From the NCBI GenBank assembly GCA_963695335.1, contig OY968764.1, positions 672,001 through 736,000 on the forward strand: DNA of 64,000 bases, read 5' to 3'. The stretch comes from an uncultured bacterium. GTDB lineage: Bacteria > Babelota > Babeliae > Babelales > Vermiphilaceae. The translations under genes were made by a program, and so were the position numbers. Below, piece by piece: positions 57,021-64,000 of this stretch (its first letter is position 1; the number at the start of each line of letters is the position of its first letter). Under the pieces are notes generated by a model. It searched no databases. It was not told where the DNA came from and was given only the letters and a program-made list of their open reading frames with translations.

Positions 57021-57083
57021 ATTCTCTCCAACTCGTTTTTTACTTAACCTTAGCACAGCTATAAGAAAATAGTGAACTGTTTT

Positions 57084-58091
57084 TTATTGGCGATACAATT
57101 TCCAGCGATTCTCTTCTGAAGCGCTAACCATGATAATATAGTTAATCGCAAATGGATCATGTGGCAGATATTCTGGAACTGGTGGGAATGATGTGCTCGC
57201 ATCATTAAAAATGAAGAGTGTAAAATAGTCCAGTTCCCTGTTGCCCGATGTTTTTGAAATGCGGCACTGTTTTAATGTCCCATCTTTGTTGAGTGCAAGA
57301 AGTACCTGAACGGAATCAACGTCTCTTGCTGAAGGTGGAAAGCGATCATTATGAATATTAAATGAATTTTGTAAGCACCAGCTCAGTTTTTGTAGGTAAC
57401 GTTCATATTTAATTTGTTCATCGCTTGGAGTGCCATTTTTTTTGCCCAGCATGTGTATTGCATGATTACCTTCATGTTTTACATGGTTGAGAAAGCCTTG
57501 CGAAAGTTGTGCAAGTGTTAGAGGGGGTTTAGGTCCTGATGGTTGCCTGTCCGCCGTAGCTTTAGCGAAGGAGGATTTTGGCTGCAATAATTTCTGTGGA
57601 ATAACTTTTTTTGGAGCAGTAGGTTTAATTTCAGTGTTTTGTATTGTTGCTGCGGGTTTATCTTTGATAGTCTCTTTTTTTTCTTCTGGAATTATAGATT
57701 CTGTGATTTCTTTTTTTGCTGGAAGTTGTTCTTGTTTTTCTGAAGTATCTTTTATTGGCTCAGGATTGTCTTGTGTAGCTTCAGCAAGGTCGGGTCTGTC
57801 CGCTCCTTCGACAGAGCTCAGGATAGACTCCGCTTCAGCGGCGGAGGAGGATTCAAACTCATCTTGAAAGTAAACTGGTGTACCAAAATTGCCAGCGCGT
57901 GCTTTTGCTTCTACCCACTCATTATTTTGTTTGTTTTTTTTCTGTAATATTTCGTTTGCATCGGGAAGTGGCAATGCGGGATCGTGATGAGATTTTTGTA
58001 GTGTGATGTAGATTAAACTGCCACCGTGAAACAGTAATGATAAAAGGAATGCAAGTAAGATAATCTTTTTTGTGTGGTTGTTTGACTTCAA
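57084..58091 (-). CDS. TonB/TolA-like protein with two in-frame repeat inserts
   Basis: LLSLLFH TM anchor, P/K/E-rich linker, LNKDGTL..ISKTSGNRELD..FPPVP; TTG start. Confidence 0.75.
   Translation of the reverse strand: MKSNNHTKKIILLAFLLSLLFHGGSLIYITLQKSHHDPALPLPDANEILQKKNKQNNEWVEAKARAGNFGTPVYFQDEFESSSAAEAESILSSVEGADRPDLAEATQDNPEPIKDTSEKQEQLPAKKEITESIIPEEKKETIKDKPAATIQNTEIKPTAPKKVIPQKLLQPKSSFAKATADRQPSGPKPPLTLAQLSQGFLNHVKHEGNHAIHMLGKKNGTPSDEQIKYERYLQKLSWCLQNSFNIHNDRFPPSARDVDSVQVLLALNKDGTLKQCRISKTSGNRELDYFTLFIFNDASTSFPPVPEYLPHDPFAINYIIMVSASEENRWKLYRQ
57545..57575 (-). repeat. Family B repeat in frame (SSFAKATADR)
   Basis: GCCTGTCCGCCGTAGCTTTAGCGAAGGAGGA. Confidence 0.85.
57794..57851 (-). 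repeat. Family B repeat with nested family A arm, in frame (SSSAAEAESILSSVEGADR)
   Basis: CTGTCCGC-TCCTTCGACAGAGCTCAGGA-..GCGGAGGAGGA. Confidence 0.8.
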
Positions 58092-58150
58092 TGAATTCCT
58101 TTTTTTTTGATTCCATTTTACGTCATTTAGCTACAAAAATAAAATAAGTT

Positions 58151-59122
58151 CTACTCTTTCATTAGAAATGCATTTTTTTGTTTTTTGACGATTGACCATT
58201 TTTGATGGACGGCATGCGTGCCGCCATTTTTATGTTGCAAGAATCTCATAATTTCATCAAGAAATGCTTGTGTCGCTGGAAATGGTACATCTTCAGTAAT
58301 TAACCAATGCATAAGAATGCGCGTGCGCAGTGTTTCATCAAGTGCAAGTAACTGTGGGATGTTGATAATGTGTTGGTTATTTTCGATACGCGAAATTTCT
58401 GCAAATGTTGTGTGCGTCAAATTTTCTAAAAACTGTTCAGTTTCTTTAAGACGCTTTAGCGTAAAAATAAAATTGGTTGCAAATCTATCATCGCATGTGC
58501 GCAATGCAGGCAATACGTTCATGCGGATGCGGTTGCGTAAATAATCAGACGAATCATTGGTTGCATCAGTTGCGTATGGAATGTTGTGTTCATGGAGCCA
58601 TGCAAGAATATCTGATTTGTTTGTTTCCAGCAATGGTCTGACATAATTACCATGTTGTGGTTTGATAGCAGTTAATCCTGTCAAACTTGAACCGCGAATT
58701 AAGCGAATAAAAAATGTTTCTTCTTGATCTTGTGCATGATGTGCAAGGGCAATTGTATCAGCATTGTATTCGCGTAAAACTTTTTCAAAGAAGTAACGGC
58801 GCATATTTCTGCCATACTCTTCTTGTGAGCCATTGTGTTTGAATGTTGCTGATAATTCAGATCTTTTTGCAGTTACAAAAGGGATGTTGAGTTTTTGTGC
58901 AAGGGCTTCACAATCTTTTTGTTCTTGAGCGGCCTCTATGCGCCATTCATGGTTAAGATGTGCGGCGATGAGTGTGAGATTATATTCTTGTTGCAGTGAT
59001 GTGAGAAAATATAATAAAAAAACAGAGTCGGGCCCTCCGGAGAGCCCAACTATAATTACGTGGCCTGATTTAATCAGGTTGTTTTTTTTGATGTACTGTT
59101 GAATTTGTGTGAGAATATTCAT
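58151..59122 (-). CDS. tilS: tRNA(Ile)-lysidine synthetase
   Basis: GLSGGPDS, AHLNH, LAHHAQDQEET, RPLL, RNRIR. Confidence 0.95.
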   Translation of the reverse strand: MNILTQIQQYIKKNNLIKSGHVIIVGLSGGPDSVFLLYFLTSLQQEYNLTLIAAHLNHEWRIEAAQEQKDCEALAQKLNIPFVTAKRSELSATFKHNGSQEEYGRNMRRYFFEKVLREYNADTIALAHHAQDQEETFFIRLIRGSSLTGLTAIKPQHGNYVRPLLETNKSDILAWLHEHNIPYATDATNDSSDYLRNRIRMNVLPALRTCDDRFATNFIFTLKRLKETEQFLENLTHTTFAEISRIENNQHIINIPQLLALDETLRTRILMHWLITEDVPFPATQAFLDEIMRFLQHKNGGTHAVHQKWSIVKKQKNAFLMKE

Positions 59123-59147
59123 TTGCTATACGCGCACGTTTTTTCTT

Positions 59148-59221
59148 GCGCTCGTCCTGAACTTGTTGAAGGATATCTTTGAGCGCTCTAAGATGCCCTT
59201 CGACAGGCTCAGGGTGAGCGC
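59148..59221. repeat. Family A palindromic repeat between gyrB and tilS
   Basis: GCGCTCGTCCTGAACTTGTTGAAGGATATC...CCCTTCGACAGGCTCAGGGTGAGCGC. Confidence 0.9.
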
Positions 59222-59252
59222 GCAGGATAATTTCAATAAAAACAAATTTGTG

Positions 59253-61748
<2,496 letters not shown>

Positions 61749-62068
61749 TTATAATCTAATATGATTTTTTCTCTTTTTATTTAGTATACACAAATAATAA
61801 AAAAAGTCGATTATTAAAGGATTTTGAGTTTCATTTTGTTTGTGCGGTTGAATGCTATGTGAACCAGAATAATATTTTTTTTCAAAGTTTTATATGGTTG
61901 ATAATAATTTCTTTTTTTTGATGTGTTATAGAGCGTTTTTGCTGGACTGTTATCAATAGTTTCAACCGGTTCTTTATATTTAGCTCCTTGCTTTTTTATC
62001 AAACTGATATAAATTATAAAAGATGGTTGTGGTTAAAATAAACAACCTGAAATATTTTAATCTGTTGG

Positions 62069-62566
62069 ATGGGGGTTCGTAAAGACTTGGAATCTATTTT
62101 TGGTAAAGAAAAAGATATTTTTTTCATGCAGGAAGCGCTTGCACAGGCAAAGCTTGCATACGAAATTGATGAAGTGCCAATCGGGGCTATTGTAGTAAAT
62201 CCAGAAGGTGATATTATAGCTCGAGCATATAATGTTGTTGAGCGTGATTGTACTCAGCGATCCCATGCAGAAAGTTTAGCCATAGAGCAGGCGGGAAAAG
62301 CCTTGGGTGATTGGCGTTTAAGTGGGTGTTGGTTGTATGTAACACTTGAGCCATGCTCCATGTGTATGGGGCTAATCAGATTGAGTCGGCTTGCGGGTGT
62401 TGTATATGGGGCTTCATCCCCATTGTTTGGGTTTAGCCTTGACAATGCAGATGACCTTTGGGTATACAAAAGAGGTGTTATTTCAGTGGTTGAAGGCGTT
62501 GAATTGGATGATTCTGCCGATTTACTGAAAAATTTTTTTCATAAAAAAAGGAAAAAGAGTGGATGA
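62069..62566 (+). CDS. tadA: tRNA adenosine(34) deaminase
   Basis: EVPIGA, HAE, WRL..LYVTLEPCSMC. Confidence 0.9.
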   Translation: MGVRKDLESIFGKEKDIFFMQEALAQAKLAYEIDEVPIGAIVVNPEGDIIARAYNVVERDCTQRSHAESLAIEQAGKALGDWRLSGCWLYVTLEPCSMCMGLIRLSRLAGVVYGASSPLFGFSLDNADDLWVYKRGVISVVEGVELDDSADLLKNFFHKKRKKSG

Positions 62567-62912
62567 TAAACGTAATTTAAAACAAATTGAGGCAGATTTG
62601 CTGAAGCGTAAATTTGAGCTTGAGCAAAAACTAACAGAAATGTCTAAAGAGCAGTTCTCTGATGGGCAAGTGCAAGATCCAGGGGATCAAGCGCTTACCG
62701 CAACCATGGAGTCTTTGCGTATGTCATTACAGGATGCTGAAGTTGAAGAATTGCGTGGCATAACGCGTGCTTTGGAGCGGATAAAAGAGGGAGAATATGG
62801 TATTTGTTCCGATTGTGGCAACCCTATTTCTGAAAAGCGTTTGAACTCATTTCCTGGAACAATGCGCTGTTTGGCATGCCAGGAAAAGTTTGAAGAAAAG
62901 CCCGGTTTTTGA
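62559..62912 (+). CDS. dksA: DksA/TraR C4 zinc-finger protein
   Basis: DPGDQA tip, ALERI..YGICSDCG.PI..RL..CLACQ. Confidence 0.85.
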   Translation: MDDKRNLKQIEADLLKRKFELEQKLTEMSKEQFSDGQVQDPGDQALTATMESLRMSLQDAEVEELRGITRALERIKEGEYGICSDCGNPISEKRLNSFPGTMRCLACQEKFEEKPGF

Positions 62913-62921
62913 GTCGTATGA

Positions 62922-62950
62922 TTGACAATTACGCTATATGATTTTATACT
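62922..62950 (+). promoter_or_regulatory. Sigma70-type promoter for rpsI
   Basis: TTGACA-17bp-TATACT. Confidence 0.8.
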
Positions 62951-63015
62951 AATTAGCAAAATCGTTGTGTTTAGAAAATTTTTTCTCTTTAATTACCAGA
63001 AGGTTATAGTTCACT

Positions 63016-63432
63016 ATGGCAAAAGAAATGACAAAGTCTGCTAATTCTCCAGTAGCTCATGGCGTTGGTCGTCGTAAAACTGCGGTAGCTCGTGTATGGT
63101 TACGCCGTGGTGATGGTCAAATCTCAGTTAATGGGCAAAACCACCTTAATTATTTTGATACAAAAATCGCGGCTGATGTTGCGGCAACTCCATTTAAAGT
63201 ATGCCCAATTGGCGCGAATTTTAATGTTGAAGTTAACGTATTTGGCGGCGGTAAAGTAGCGCAGGCTAATGCGGTAAAATTGGGAATTGCACGCGCTTTT
63301 GTTGAATTTGATGCTAACGCAAAACCTCAATTAAAAAAACATGGCCTTATGACTGTTGATTCTCGTAAAAAAGAACGTAAAAAATACGGTCAAAAAGCTG
63401 CTCGTCGTAAATTCCAATTCGTAAAACGCTAG
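63016..63432 (+). CDS. rpsI: 30S ribosomal protein S9
   Basis: GRRKTAVARV, GGGKVAQA, ERKKYGQKAARRKFQFVKR. Confidence 0.97.
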   Translation: MAKEMTKSANSPVAHGVGRRKTAVARVWLRRGDGQISVNGQNHLNYFDTKIAADVAATPFKVCPIGANFNVEVNVFGGGKVAQANAVKLGIARAFVEFDANAKPQLKKHGLMTVDSRKKERKKYGQKAARRKFQFVKR

Positions 63433-63489
63433 GTTTTACAAAAAACATTATTGTCTTGGCCAGTTCAGTCAAAAAAAAAGGGGACGCCT

Positions 63490-64000
63490 ATGTGTACTGT
63501 AGTGGGGTATATTGGAAAATCTCTTTGTAGATCCTATATTTTTGAAGGGCTGGCCAGATTAGAATACCGCGGATATGATTCTGCGGGTTTTGCTTGTCTT
63601 GAACCTTCTTCTCAAAAAGTTCTTTATACAAAAGCCTCTGGTCAACTTTCTCAATTAGCAGAACGTCTGCAACAAAATCCTATAGATGGCTATTTAGGTA
63701 TTGGCCACACTCGTTGGTCAACACATGGCGATTTTTCTGAGCGCAATGCTCATCCTCATTTTGACTGTTCCAAAACTATTTCCGTTGTACACAATGGTAT
63801 TATCGAAAATTATGATGAACTGAAAAAGCAGTTGCTTGTAGCAGGCCATATTTTTGAATCTGACACAGATACAGAAGTTGTCAGCCATCTTTTTGAATCT
63901 TTCTTAGCTACTAAAGAGTTTAATGCTCAAACTGTTTCTGAACTTGTGCAGATGCTTGATGGAATGTATGCATGTATTATTATGATGCAGCAGTTTCCTG
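63490..64000 (+). CDS. glmS: Glutamine--fructose-6-phosphate aminotransferase, 3'-truncated by the window edge (not in the ORF track)
   Basis: Manual translation: MCTVVGYIG..GLARLEYRGYDSAG..GIGHTRWSTHG..NAHPH..VHNGIIENY..SDTDTEVV. Confidence 0.93.
   Translation, partial: MCTVVGYIGKSLCRSYIFEGLARLEYRGYDSAGFACLEPSSQKVLYTKASGQLSQLAERLQQNPIDGYLGIGHTRWSTHGDFSERNAHPHFDCSKTISVVHNGIIENYDELKKQLLVAGHIFESDTDTEVVSHLFESFLATKEFNAQTVSELVQMLDGMYACIIMMQQFP

Noticed and set aside
4835..59221. Palindromes as integron attC sites
   Set aside because: No integron integrase, no consistent RYYYAAC/GTTRRRY ends, and copies lie inside and between housekeeping genes

Overview
AT-rich bacterial chromosome segment. The many secreted ankyrin, WD40 and F-box-like proteins among housekeeping genes suggest an intracellular protist-associated lineage such as Candidatus Babeliae/Dependentiae (TM6); this is inference. 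Housekeeping content: metG, topA, plsC, a batA-E operon, M23 peptidase, lepB, tRNA-Cys, tRNA-Leu, HU, a split PilB/GspE, sufCBDS plus a displaced sufU, nurA, dnaJ, tilS, gyrB, tadA, dksA, rpsI and the 5' part of glmS. Main result: a complete IS110-family element (17650-18821, minus strand) whose non-coding left end reads as a bridge RNA. Its target loop (GCUCGUCCU/UUCAG) matches this genome's own palindromic repeat, its donor loop (AUAAUCGCU/UAUGAG) matches the element ends around a CT core, and circularisation would create TTGACT-17bp-TATGAT. At least four short palindromic repeat families occur; three nest inside one another and several copies lie in frame inside proteins. A shared 'signal peptide + x-M-E' N-terminus marks about a dozen putative effectors, six of them in a duplicated WD40-WD40-ankyrin cassette. 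All calls are by eye from sequence and ORF translations; no searches were run.
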